From assembly GCA_963812015.1 (NCBI GenBank), contig CAWETI010000003.1, forward strand, positions 800,001-864,000: a stretch of DNA of 64,000 nucleotides. The letters run 5' to 3'. Of the stretch, positions 1 through 10,596 are shown piece after piece (position 1 is the stretch's first letter; each line of letters begins with the position of its first letter). A program made the position numbers and the translations under genes. The notes below the pieces were generated by a model that saw only the letters and a program-made list of their open reading frames with translations, searched no databases and was not told the origin of the DNA. Source of the stretch: an uncultured delta proteobacterium. Its GTDB lineage: Bacteria > Desulfobacterota > Desulfobaccia > Desulfobaccales > 0-14-0-80-60-11.

Positions 1-535
1 CCGTAGGCCAGGAGTAGCCATAGAGAAAATGGGCCAGCGGCGGCCCCAGGAAAGCGCCGACGTTGATCACCATGTAGAAAAAGCCCCAGCCCACCCCGGA
101 GGTCTTAGGCGTGAGGGTCTTGACAAAGGTCCCCTGAACGGGCGGCTTGAAGATTGCGGTGCCCGTGGCCAGCAACAGACAACCTGCGAGGAACGGCCAA
201 AAGGTGCGCTGGGTGGCCATCATCAGGTAGCCCAGGCTTTTTAAAATGATGGCCACCACGATCTGCCGCTTGTAGCCGTAGCGGTCGGCAAAGCCGCCCG
301 CGAGCACCGGCAGGGTCGACTGCACCAAGGCCCACCACAGGAAGATGAACCCCTTGTCGCTCTGGCTGAAATGGAGTCCGCCAATCTCGTCAGCCTGGGC
401 GATATAGATGGGGATGACGACGCGCACGCCATAATAAGCGAGCCGTTCGATGGTCTCCATGATGTTGGCCGCCCAGAAAGGCCAGGTCAGGCCTCTGGTC
501 TGTCCCCAAAATGATGAGGTGTTCTGTTCGCCCAT
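1..535 (-). CDS. MFS transporter (POT/PTR-like), 3' part runs off the window start
   Basis: Hand translation from ATG at 535: MGEQNTSSFWGQ...METIERLAYYG...GGFADRYGYKR...GFFYMVINVGAFLGP (ExxERxxYYG and MFS motif A). Confidence 0.85.
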   Translation of the reverse strand, partial: MGEQNTSSFWGQTRGLTWPFWAANIMETIERLAYYGVRVVIPIYIAQADEIGGLHFSQSDKGFIFLWWALVQSTLPVLAGGFADRYGYKRQIVVAIILKSLGYLMMATQRTFWPFLAGCLLLATGTAIFKPPVQGTFVKTLTPKTSGVGWGFFYMVINVGAFLGPPLAHFLYGYSWPT

Positions 536-1062
536 TTGGGTCCTTTCGAGGGCATCTTCGGTCTTAATAGGGTAAGTATAATGGAAAGGGAGAATGCCGC
601 TTCAGAAAAATCTATCTGGGATCTAATTCTTCATTACGATATGGAGACTATATTGATATCTGAAAATTTTTAAGAAGTTTCTAGTGGCAAGAGATACGGT
701 CGCTGAGGATTTGGTATGTGCAAACTCCGGGGGGAAATGCCTTCCACCCAAATTTGTGCTATCGTGCCCCCTACGAGAACAATTGGCTTTGGGAAGAGGA
801 TTGTTTGGGGGATTTTACTTGGCCAAAGAGGTTCAAAAACCTCGTTTGGACCTAAGCGCCTATGTATGGAGCGTAATCTCGGTTACTAGCAAAAAACTTT
901 CGACTTTACTACTTTGACATGCTAATAGTAAGAGCAAATCTATAAGGCAAGAGAAAGCCTTGACTCCCAAATCACTTAAACAAAAGCTTAAACAATAAAG
1001 AAGAATTCAGATTTAATCTAAAGCGTTACTGGGATCCGGTGGCTTGGGTGGGAACAAGAGAT

Positions 1063-1299
1063 ATGAGCGGGAGAAACTTTAATCGGCTTTGGGCCTTGAC
1101 GTTGGCCCTGTTGATTGGGGCAGGCTGCTCCGGCGTCTTGTATGAATCTAAATCTGAGGATGGCCGGGAGGACCGATTGCTGATTGACCAGGGCGAAAGC
1201 TGGAGCACCTATGACGATAAGCCCAGAAAACCCGACAGTAAGGCCAAAAAAGACCAGGATGACAGAAGTATCTTATTGAAAAAGGAGTTGACTTTTTAA
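1063..1299 (+). CDS. Small putative lipoprotein
   Basis: Signal peptide with lipobox-like GAGC followed by a charged tail. Confidence 0.6.
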   Translation: MSGRNFNRLWALTLALLIGAGCSGVLYESKSEDGREDRLLIDQGESWSTYDDKPRKPDSKAKKDQDDRSILLKKELTF

Positions 1300-1345
1300 C
1301 CGCCACTGCTTCGCAGCGCGCCCACCTCTGACTGGACCCCTGGTA

Positions 1346-1591
1346 ATCCTGACCATCCTGGCCACGTTGCGTATCCCCAATAAGGCGCTGTGGTGGGCGA
1401 TCGGTGGCGCAGTGGCCTTTCTATGGGCAGTTCTCTATATCCCCTTTTTGGGCGGTCTTTTCCAATTTGATGAGTTACACTGGGATGATCTGCTGGTCTG
1501 TCTGGTCGCAGGCATGATGAGCATCGTCTGGTTTGAGGTGTTGAAGATATTCCGCAATTGCAAGAGAGCGTTAAGCCATAAGATATCCTAA
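1346..1591 (+). pseudogene. C-terminal remnant of a cation-transporting P-type ATPase
   Basis: PNKALWWAIGG...VLYIPFL..LFQF...WFEVLKIF matches the ATPase C-terminal TM segments; no N-terminal part is present. Confidence 0.65.
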
Positions 1592-1618
1592 TAGTCTAAC
1601 GTAACGGAATTATTAGTT

Positions 1619-4054
1619 ATGTCGGAAATATTTACTGGTTTGACTTCTGGTGAAGTCGAAGACCGCTTTGCCAAGAAACAATATAACCGGTCATCCCGGG
1701 CCAAAACTAAGACCATTGGCGAGATTTTTATTGAAAACGTTTTATCCGTTTTCAATTTTATCATTGGTCTTATCGTTATCTTCTTTGTATTTTTTTATCT
1801 TAGAAGTTTTGATTCAAGGTTGTTGCTGGATGCTATCGGTATTTTCATGGTGGCTTTCATCAATACCATGATATCGATCTATCAAGAAATTAAAGCAAAA
1901 AGAGTACTCGATAAAGTAAACTTACTATTAAAGAGAAATGTCACTATTGTTAGAGATGGACAGCAATGTCTGGTTCCCCACAAAAAAATTGTCCTTGATG
2001 ATGTGATTTTTTTGCAGCGGGGCGACCAAGCCGTCGTCGATGGCTTGGTCTTACAAGCCAATCATCTCGAAATCGACGAATCCTTGCTGACAGGCGAATC
2101 CGTGCCGATTGCCAAAACCGTCGGTGGGCAGATCTTATCGGGAAGCTTCTGTTTATCCGGGAACGGCTATTACGTGGTGGAAAAGGTGGGTGATGACAAC
2201 TATGCTGCTCAAGTTACCAGGCTCGCCAGAAAATATAGATTCAACCTGACGCCACTCCAAAAAAGGATTAATTTTTTTGTCAAGGCGTTATTCGGCGCCG
2301 CCATCGTCATCGTGCTTCTCAAAATCCTGTTGACTCGGAGCAGCAGCCTCCTGGAAATCGATGCAGTCCGGGAAATGGGCACCATCCTGGAGTCCCTGGT
2401 GCCTCAGGGGCTGGTGTTGATGTCCTCCGTCACCTTTGCCATCGGGGTCTACCGCATTAGCAAGGTGGGGGCCATTATCCAGAAGCTAAACGCCGTGGAG
2501 TCATTCTCCAACGTCCAGGTCATCTGCATGGATAAGACGGGGACCCTGACTCAAAATAAACTCTCCGTGCAGCAGATTATTCCTTTGGCGGCTGGTATCT
2601 CTGAAGACGGGATTAACAGATTTTTGGGAACCTACGCCTGGCTCTCTTCGGATAAGAACGCCACCATCCGGGCCCTGGAAGCTTTCAGCTATGATGAAGA
2701 AGCGGTCGCCATGGACGAGATTCCCTTCAATTCCGAAAGGAAGATGAGTCTTTTAAGAATTGAGCACGGCGGCTCTTTGACAACATTTGTTTTAGGGGCT
2801 TACGATATCTTGATTGACAAAATGCCGGTAAATCTGCAGGCGGAGGCCGCGAGACTATTTGCGGCGCACAAGCTTGAGGTTTATCGCAACCTCCTGTTCG
2901 CCAGGGTGTTGGGCGGCCTATCCCTGGATGAGGCGGCGAGCGATGGCTCGCAGGTCGCCATGGAGCCCATTTGCATCGTGGCCATCGCCGACCGGATCAG
3001 GGAAGATGTGATGGAGGTGATAAGTCTATTTAGGCAAAAGGGCATAGGATTCAAAATCCTTTCTGGAGATGCCCCGCAGGCTATTCAGGCAGTTTGCCGG
3101 GAAATCGGCTGGGAGGTCGAGGGCGGAAGCATAATCTCCGGCAATGAATTGGACGGCCTGGCCGGCAACCAGTTTGCCGAGGTAGTGCGACACAAGATGG
3201 TTTTTGGGCGGCTCAAGCCCGAACACAAGCTCAAGATCGTCAAAGAACTGCGGGCCCAGAAAGTCTACACTGCCATGATCGGGGATGGGGTCAACGATTT
3301 GCCGGCCATCAAGGAAGCCGACATAGGTATTGCCATGGAAGAAGGGAGCATGGTCACCAAAGAAGTGGCAGACATCGTCTTGCTCAAGAACCAATTTGCC
3401 CTGTTGCCGAAAATATTCGATGAGGGAAACAAGGTTATTAATACAGTAGGGGCAATTGCCAAGTTATTTTTGACCAAGAACTTTTTGATAGTCTATTTGG
3501 GATTGATGACTATTTTTTTCTTCCTGGAGTTTCCTCTGACCCCGCGCCGGGTTTCATTAATGAATATCTTTGCCATCGGGCTCCCTTCCATGATCATAGC
3601 CTTTAAAAATAAAAATGTGGAACCTTATAAAAACTTTATGTTGGATCTTTTTACCTTTGTCGGATTAGCAGCTTTGGTTATTGTCACCGCCGGTTACATC
3701 GGGTTTTATCTTTCTCAATCCAACCCTCTCCTCAAGCATGTTGAGTCCGAAACGGTGATGATCGCCATTATGACTGTGGTCGCCGTTGCCAATTTTTTCG
3801 CTGTTGCGATTCATAAGCATGAGAAGCGCAGACTGCCATACATTATCTATGGCTTGCTGATGCTGAATGGGTATTTTCTGCTGCTCTACATGCATGGGAA
3901 TAACGTTCTCGTTAAGATCATCAAGGTATTTTATGAGATCCCGAATCTGCATGTGCAGTCCTGGTGGTTAATCCTCCTGGCAAGTGCGAGTGGTTCGCTT
4001 CTCCTTCTGGTTCTACAAAAAATCCGCGGGTGGTTAATAAAGGCAAATGGATAA
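1619..4054 (+). CDS. Cation-transporting P-type ATPase (HAD-IC, CtpE-like)
   Basis: DESLLTGES, DKTGTLT and GDGVND motifs; 811 aa. Confidence 0.95.
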   Translation: MSEIFTGLTSGEVEDRFAKKQYNRSSRAKTKTIGEIFIENVLSVFNFIIGLIVIFFVFFYLRSFDSRLLLDAIGIFMVAFINTMISIYQEIKAKRVLDKVNLLLKRNVTIVRDGQQCLVPHKKIVLDDVIFLQRGDQAVVDGLVLQANHLEIDESLLTGESVPIAKTVGGQILSGSFCLSGNGYYVVEKVGDDNYAAQVTRLARKYRFNLTPLQKRINFFVKALFGAAIVIVLLKILLTRSSSLLEIDAVREMGTILESLVPQGLVLMSSVTFAIGVYRISKVGAIIQKLNAVESFSNVQVICMDKTGTLTQNKLSVQQIIPLAAGISEDGINRFLGTYAWLSSDKNATIRALEAFSYDEEAVAMDEIPFNSERKMSLLRIEHGGSLTTFVLGAYDILIDKMPVNLQAEAARLFAAHKLEVYRNLLFARVLGGLSLDEAASDGSQVAMEPICIVAIADRIREDVMEVISLFRQKGIGFKILSGDAPQAIQAVCREIGWEVEGGSIISGNELDGLAGNQFAEVVRHKMVFGRLKPEHKLKIVKELRAQKVYTAMIGDGVNDLPAIKEADIGIAMEEGSMVTKEVADIVLLKNQFALLPKIFDEGNKVINTVGAIAKLFLTKNFLIVYLGLMTIFFFLEFPLTPRRVSLMNIFAIGLPSMIIAFKNKNVEPYKNFMLDLFTFVGLAALVIVTAGYIGFYLSQSNPLLKHVESETVMIAIMTVVAVANFFAVAIHKHEKRRLPYIIYGLLMLNGYFLLLYMHGNNVLVKIIKVFYEIPNLHVQSWWLILLASASGSLLLLVLQKIRGWLIKANG

Positions 4055-4399
4055 ACCTGCCTGAACAGATGGGAAGAAACTCTGGCCCTTGCTCTGATCA
4101 AACTATAGCGCAAATATGCCGTGACAGAAGTGTTGCTAACTGCTATGACTAGAAACTTATCAAGCGGCTGAAAATTCAACGTATCTTGATTATATCTGCA
4201 CTTTTTAGTCTGAAGATTTCTTTTGTCTACCCTGGAGATTCTGGCTTCCTTATCTCGCAGGCATTTGAAATCATCCTCCCCACAAATGCCCGCACAAGAT
4301 ATGCGGATCATATCCGCAACTATTTGGATTTTTTGATAAGTTTATGGTTTGGCAAGCTAGTGCGCATCGACCTCCAAAATGCCCCCGATTACTTACTTG

Positions 4400-4494
4400 C
4401 GGTCCCACCTGTGCGGGGAGCCACGAATAGGAAACTGGTTTAGATTCTATCTGGATACCTCGGCACCTTTGGAACTTGACTTTGCACATAGGAG
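4400..4494 (+). mobile_element. Transposase-less mini-element copy 1 (IS110-like right end)
   Basis: CGGTCCCA...CCACGAATA...GATTCT...CTTGACTTTGCACATAGGAG; homologous copies at 37931-38016 and 39846-39946. Confidence 0.55.
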
Positions 4495-4499
4495 TGATC

Positions 4500-4605
4500 T
4501 GGCATCCAGCGAAGATTCTTGAGGTTGGTCGAGGGGGCCTTTGAGCAAGAGGCTTACATAAGTCTTATGAGGGCGTGGGGGTGAAATTCCCCCACACTAC
4601 TCGAC
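4500..4605 (+). mobile_element. Group II intron 3'-end remnant (domain VI, degenerate domain V)
   Basis: GAGGGCGTGGGGGTGAAATTCCCCCACACTACTCGAC is a DVI hairpin with bulged A and AC terminus; no RT nearby. Confidence 0.65.
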
Positions 4606-4649
4606 TTTATTATAGCCCTTTCTGATCCTCATCGATGTTCGGTTATACA

Positions 4650-4940
4650 GCCATCTTATTTCCGCGGTCATCGGCGTTACCGCCTTCAAATTGCTGGCTC
4701 CTCACTTATGGCTAGCTGCGGCCCTGGCGGTGGCCACCAGCATTGCGGTAATGCACGCCACTAAAACCGCGCACCTGCCGGGCGAGGCCACGGCCCTCAT
4801 CGCGGTCATGGGCGGCAAGAATATCAATGAACGGGGGTATTGGTACGTGATGATGCCCGTGGGCGGTAATTCTGCTTACGGTCGCGCTACTCGTGAACAA
4901 CCTTTCTCTAAAGCGCCAATATCCTGAATTCTGGTGGTAG
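4650..4940 (+). pseudogene. HPP family membrane protein, truncated and frameshifted
   Basis: HLISAVIGV...AAALAVATSIAVMH.TK..HLPGEATALIAV, frameshift near 4865, then LLVNN...YPEFWW*. Confidence 0.8.
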
Positions 4941-5006
4941 AGCCCCCGGGGCGCGGCGCCCTTGCAGTTCTGGGACTTGCCGCTTACCGGGAGTTGGCGA
5001 AGGGCC

Positions 5007-6810
5007 CTATACCCCGCTCATCTCGTGATAATAGCTGATGATATCTCTCTTGGAGATCATCCCGATGATCTCATCCGGGGCTTCGGGCCGCACCACCGGC
5101 AACTCGTCCGTATTTATCCGGCGCATTTTGTCCAGGGCGTCTTCCAAAGTGTCATCCGGAAAGACCCGGAGAACTTCGGTGGTGGCCACATCTTTCGCCA
5201 GGATTAATTTAGAGACTCCCGACTCGAAAATTATCTCCCTAAGATCATTGATGGAGAGAATTCCCGTCAATTTGTCGTCCTGGTTCACCACCGGATAATA
5301 CATATCGCTGGAGTTGGTTAAGAGCTTGACCAGATCCGGGAATGGAAGGTGTTCGGGGATGGCCGTCACTGCCTTCATGGTCACCGCGTCTTTCACGCAG
5401 AGTTTTTCCAGCAAGCTCCGGGCAAAGTCAGAAATGTGTGCCGGTGAGGCGATGCGAGCCAACAGCTGCTCTTCATAGAGGCTGGTTTTGCCCAGGAGCA
5501 AGAAGGAGGTGGCGGCCACCAGCATTAGCGGCACCAGCAGGTTATAGCTGGAGCACATTTCGCAGGCCATGATGATGGAGGCAATGGGGACCTTGGCCAC
5601 GCTGGCGAAGAACCCACCAATACCCACCAGCACAAAAGAACTGGGGTTGATCACCCAGCCCGGCGCCAGACTGTGCCCCCAAAAGCCGAAGGCGCCTCCT
5701 AGCATGGCTCCAATAAAGACCGAGGGGCCGAAGACCCCGCCGCTACCCCCCGGAGCTGATGGTGCAAGAGGTAGCCAGGATCTTTAAAAACGCCAGGATC
5801 AACAAGGTCTGCCAGATGATCTTGCCTTCCATGGCCATCTGGACCCAACCATAGCCACTGGCCATTACCTGGGGATAAAAGTAGATGATCAGCCCCAGGA
5901 ATAATCCCCCCAGGGCCGGTTTGATGATATTGGGCAGGGGAAGACGGCGGAAGAAATAATCCCGCATGCCATAGAAGACCTTGATGTAGAAGAATCCCAC
6001 CGCGGCGCAGATGACTCCGAAAATCAGGTACGGGATCAGTTCCACCGGTTCAAAATTTACCGGTCCCGGAAAGAAGAGGGCCGTGCGATGGTTGATTTGC
6101 CAGAAGATGGAATCTGCCACAATGGCGGAGACAATACACGGCAAGATGGCTTCGTACTCCAGTTCGGCTTCCCGGTACAGCACTTCCGGGGCGAATAGGG
6201 CCGCACCCAGCGGCGCATGGAAAATGGCCCCGATACCCCCCGCAGCGCCGGCCAATAGCAGGATGCGCCGGATTTTGGGCTTCAGATGCAAAATATCGGC
6301 TAAAAATGACCCGAATCCGGAGCCGATCTGGGCGATGGGCCCCTCTTTGCCCCCGGAGCCGCCACTACCGATGGTGATGGCCGAAGCCACGATCTTTACC
6401 AAGGGCACCCGTTTGCGCACGTAACCGCCGCGATAATGGAAGGCTTCAATCATGGCATCGGTGCCGTGGCCTTCCGCTTCCGGAGCAATGAGATATATCA
6501 GCAGGCCCGCCACCAGCCCGCCCAAGGCGGGAATGACCAGTAGCACCCAACGATGGACGGGAAGATAGTGGGCCAGGGACAGGAGTTCCCCCGGGTTGGG
6601 TTCTCGGTAGCCACTGGTCAGGGTGATAAAAAAATGCAGCGTCAGATTTAGGAGTTTATCGAAAAACAACGCCCCCAGTCCGGAGATCACCCCCACGATG
6701 ATGCTTAGCAGGGGCAGACCCATGCGCCCGGAAACCCTGACATCTCTCAGGCGAGAAAGCCATTTTGCGGGTATCCAATTCCGGTCGTCGGAGTTTTTCA
6801 GGTCCATCAT
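5007..6810 (-). pseudogene. ClC chloride channel/antiporter with CBS pair, split by +1 frameshift in a G6 run (possible sequencing error)
   Basis: GHG, GKEGP and GSGGVFGP motifs plus CBS domains; removing one C from 5746-5751 joins the two ORFs. Confidence 0.9.
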
Positions 6811-7000
6811 CTTGATCCGCCTGGCTCAGGAGGGCAAATCCTTCCATGACTTCTAAATTCTCCCCTAAGCATGTTGGAGGCGATTGATCTCGATATCCCA
6901 GGTAAGAAAATTCTATCCTTCATATAACCCCACGCCTAAGATTATTTGGTTTACTCCTGCTCCCGGAGGCGCAAAATCTTTTTCAATTCTGCGCCAATAC

Positions 7001-7915
7001 TTAATTCTCTACTATGAACAGTTCGTTAGACCTTGCAAAGCTCAAAAGATACCGGCCCATGACTAACATCTGGGTATGGTACTCCAGGATGGCATTGCGT
7101 TTAGTTACGACCTCCTCGGGGGTAAGGGTAAGTGAGACCCATTGTATGCCTTTATCAGGAAAACCCTCAGGAGGATAGAGGCGTGACCCGGTTCCCGCAC
7201 CCTGACCAATCGGCCACTGGCCAAAATGGATCAGGAAGGTAAGCACTCGGGGTTTGAGGTTGGGATGTTTCTTGCGCAACTGTGTCAATGCCTTCTTAAC
7301 GAAAAAATAAGTGGCGCTATGGTCTGGATGCTCGTCCTGCCGCGGTGTGGTCGCCACCACGTTAGGTTGAAAATCAGCGATCACGTGTTCGATCTCCCTT
7401 GTGAGATCGTGGCCGGTATAGATGGTGTGCGGGATGATGGTTTCCAATCTCGGGGGACAGTTTTCCAGGGTAAAAGGAGACCTGTACGCCTGTCGGCCAG
7501 CGCAAAAATGCAGAAGAAGGGAGGATAGCCCGCCGTCCGGAAAGCCGAGGAAGATCACATCGCTCCCCTTCAATCCCAACCTGGTGATGGCCTTCAGGAC
7601 CTCTCCCCGGCGCTCATCACCATATTTGCGGTAATCTTCGGCGGTGGGATGGGAGATGCGATCCTCCTTTTCCACCCCTTCAGGAAAGCCGTCTCCGTTG
7701 GTCATAAAGACAACCTTTACCCTTCCACCTCTTTTGAGAACGCGCTAAATCAGCCCTGCTGCTCCCAGGCTTCCATCGTCCGGGTGTGGCGAGAAGATCA
7801 AAAGACGTGTGTCAGGGGAGATCAGAGATTCTATCGCCAGAGGTTCCTCTGCCTGGGCGTAAGGAGGCACTATTATGGCAAAAATGAATAGTACAATCCA
7901 GAATACTTTTAGCAC
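7001..7915 (-). pseudogene. PIG-L/LmbE family deacetylase with in-frame TAG at 7745-7747
   Basis: SPHPDD, MTNGD, FLGFPDG and HPDH motifs; the two ORFs are in the same frame; GGAGG precedes GTG at 7915. Confidence 0.85.
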
Positions 7916-8224
7916 GATGACCTCCGGGAAAGAAAATGACCAAAGGCATGGCGTGAACAATACCGTCCCACACTTACTCCTCTTTGATTATATACAAGAT
8001 TATGTGGCAGATTTGGCAAAGCGATTAAAAAATATTTTGAGGGAAGAATTCATAAAAAGTTTGGGAACCCGTGCCTTCCTTTCAAGGAACAGGGAAAATG
8101 GCACCTAAAGGCCGGGTATATGAAATTGGCCCATTGCGTCAGATGTGGTTGATGCATATTTTATAACTCATCTTACTTAATAGGCCTTTGGCATGGATCA
8201 TTCCAGTCTGGAACATGGTCAGCG

Positions 8225-9495
8225 GTGATCGGCCTCGATGACCGCCCTGGAGTCGCAGTGGCATCAAGAGTTAGCAACCGCCTGATAAGTTTGGACATAT
8301 TCCGCGGTTTGACCATCGCCGCGATGATCGTCGTCAACAACCTGGTGGCCTGGACCGATACCCCCCGCTTCCCGCGCCTGACCCATGCCGAGTGGCATGG
8401 GTGCACCCTAGCCGATCTTATCTTCCCCTTTTTTATTTTCATCGTTGGCGTTACCGCAGTATTTTCTTTGGACCAGCGGGCAAAAAGGGGGGCAAGTCCG
8501 GCGCAATTGTACTGGCGTATCCTCAGTCGTAGTGCCGCGCTTTTCGCTCTGGGTCTGGTTGCGTGCAGCTATTTCTTCTGGGGTTGGCTATTCCAGGTCG
8601 TCTGTCCACCCGGAGTAACACGGGAGAGCATTTGGGCGATTTTCCTGTCGGCGCCGGCCAATACCGAGGAGTTCTATTTTTCTCTCGACAATCTGAGAAT
8701 CATGGGCGTGCTCCAGCGCATCGCCCTGGTGTATCTGGTAGTCTCAATCCTATTGATCCATACCCGTTGGCGGGTCCAGGCCCTGATCGCCGGCACCTTG
8801 CTGTTGTTATATTGGGGCCTGATGAGCCTTCCCGGCTTCACATTGGAGCCGGGGGGGACCTGGGTTCTTATATCGACCGCGCCGTCCTGGGGGAAACGCA
8901 CTTGTGGCGGTATGGGCAAACCTGGGATCCCGAAGGTTTGCTGAGCACCCTGCCGGCCATCGCCACCGGCATATGTGGCGCCCTCACCGGCCAATGGCTG
9001 CGTACCCCGCAGGACCGGCGCAACACCCTTATCGGGCTTTTCTTGTTCGGTTTCTTCGGCATCTTGATCGGCACGCTGTGGGGATACGTGTTTCCCATCA
9101 ACAAGTACCTCTGGACGAGCTCCTTTGCGGTCTATACTGCGGGCTACGCCCTGATGTTTCTGGCATTCTGGTACTGGCTCATCGATCTCAAGCAGGCTCA
9201 GGCGGTGTGGGCCATGCCCTTCGTCTGGCTGGGCATGAACCCCCTATTGGCGTATTGCGGGGCCCAGATCGGGTCCTTAGCCTTGGGCGTCCTGTATATC
9301 GGCACGCCGACTCAGCATACCCATCTCATCACGCCCATACTGACCAGGATTTTCGGGGAAAATTGGGATGTCGTTAGCCTGACGCATTGGCGGGACCCGA
9401 GGTGGCCCTCACTCTGTTGGGCCATGATATACTTAAGTTTTTGGACTTTGGTAGCGGGCCTTTTGTACCGGAAGCGAATCTTCATCAAGATATGA
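8225..9495 (+). pseudogene. Heparan-alpha-glucosaminide N-acetyltransferase-like membrane acyltransferase, frameshifted in a G7 run (possible sequencing error)
   Basis: RLISLDIFRGLTI, ADLIFPFF, GVLQRIAL, DPEGLLSTLPAI and PINKYLWTSSF; one extra G at 8851-8857 restores the frame. Confidence 0.88.
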
Positions 9496-9700
9496 GAACC
9501 CACCCACCCCCCGCCAGGGGAAAAGCCCAGTCGGGGCTGCCAGCCTCCCGCATGGCTGGAGAATCGGCCCCGCCCTTTGAGGCGAGAACATTTCCCGATG
9601 AACAATTGCAAGAGGCCTGGGATTGAATTAAATTTGGCGATTATCCCCTTGACAATGTATTTTCGCTGTGCTATATTGATTGTCAAAGGAGTTAAGAGCC

Positions 9701-10582
9701 ATGGACAAACACCCTTCCATCTTTGAAATCCTCAAAAAATTCGATTCTGAGGAAAAGTGCATTCAGCATTTTGAACACATCCGCTGGCCCCATGGACTTA
9801 CCTGCATAAGATGCGGAAGCAAGCGGATATTCCAATACAACACCGTGGGCAAAACCAAGAAAATGCGCCACCTTTATCAATGTGTGGATTGTAAATACAA
9901 TTTTTCCGTAACTACCGGAACTGTCTTTCACGATTCTCATTTGCCCCTGACAAAGTGGTTTCTGGGGATATATCTGATCTGTTCCGCCAAAAAGGGAGTA
10001 TCGGCCAAACAGCTTCAACGCCAGCTTTCCGTATCCTATAAGACTGCGTGGTATATGGCTCATCGTATTCGCCTTGCTATGTCAGAGGATGAGGACTTTT
10101 GCCAGAAGTTCGCCGGAATTTGCGAAGTTGACGAGACTTATGTAGGTGGCAAAGGCAAAGGTCCACACGGGCGCGGAGCCGCCAATAAAATTCCCGTAGT
10201 CGCCATAAAAGAGCGGACATCAGGCAAAATCCGTATGAAAGCAGTTAATAATGTCAAAGCCAGCACCTTGCGGGGATCCATCCGCAATCATGTCTTGCCT
10301 GGGGCTGAGATTCATACCGATGAGTTTAAGTCCTATCTGTGGCTTGATAGCTCTGAGTTTGTCCATAATGCGGTCAACCATTCGGAAACTTATGTAAAAG
10401 CCGGGAATATCCATACTAACGGAATTGAAAATGTTTGGTCCCTGTTTAAACGCGCTATAACCAGCGTTTACCATAAGGTTTCCGCTAAGTATCTGCCTCT
10501 TTACCTGAATGAGTTTGCTTACCGTTTCAATCATCGTGACCAAGTGTGCCTCTTGGATAAAGTTTTAGAAACGAGTTTCTAA
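9701..10582 (+). CDS. IS1595 family transposase
   Basis: Zn ribbon CxxC...CxxC, EVDETY, HTDE, HTNGIE and YLNEF..RFN; TTGACA-17-TATATT promoter in the left end. Confidence 0.95.
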   Translation: MDKHPSIFEILKKFDSEEKCIQHFEHIRWPHGLTCIRCGSKRIFQYNTVGKTKKMRHLYQCVDCKYNFSVTTGTVFHDSHLPLTKWFLGIYLICSAKKGVSAKQLQRQLSVSYKTAWYMAHRIRLAMSEDEDFCQKFAGICEVDETYVGGKGKGPHGRGAANKIPVVAIKERTSGKIRMKAVNNVKASTLRGSIRNHVLPGAEIHTDEFKSYLWLDSSEFVHNAVNHSETYVKAGNIHTNGIENVWSLFKRAITSVYHKVSAKYLPLYLNEFAYRFNHRDQVCLLDKVLETSF

Positions 10583-10596
10583 ATCACACAAAAAAA

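Noticed and set aside
4350..4366. TGGCAAG motif as a sigma54 -24 element
   Set aside because: None of the copies checked has GC at the required GG-N10-GC spacing.
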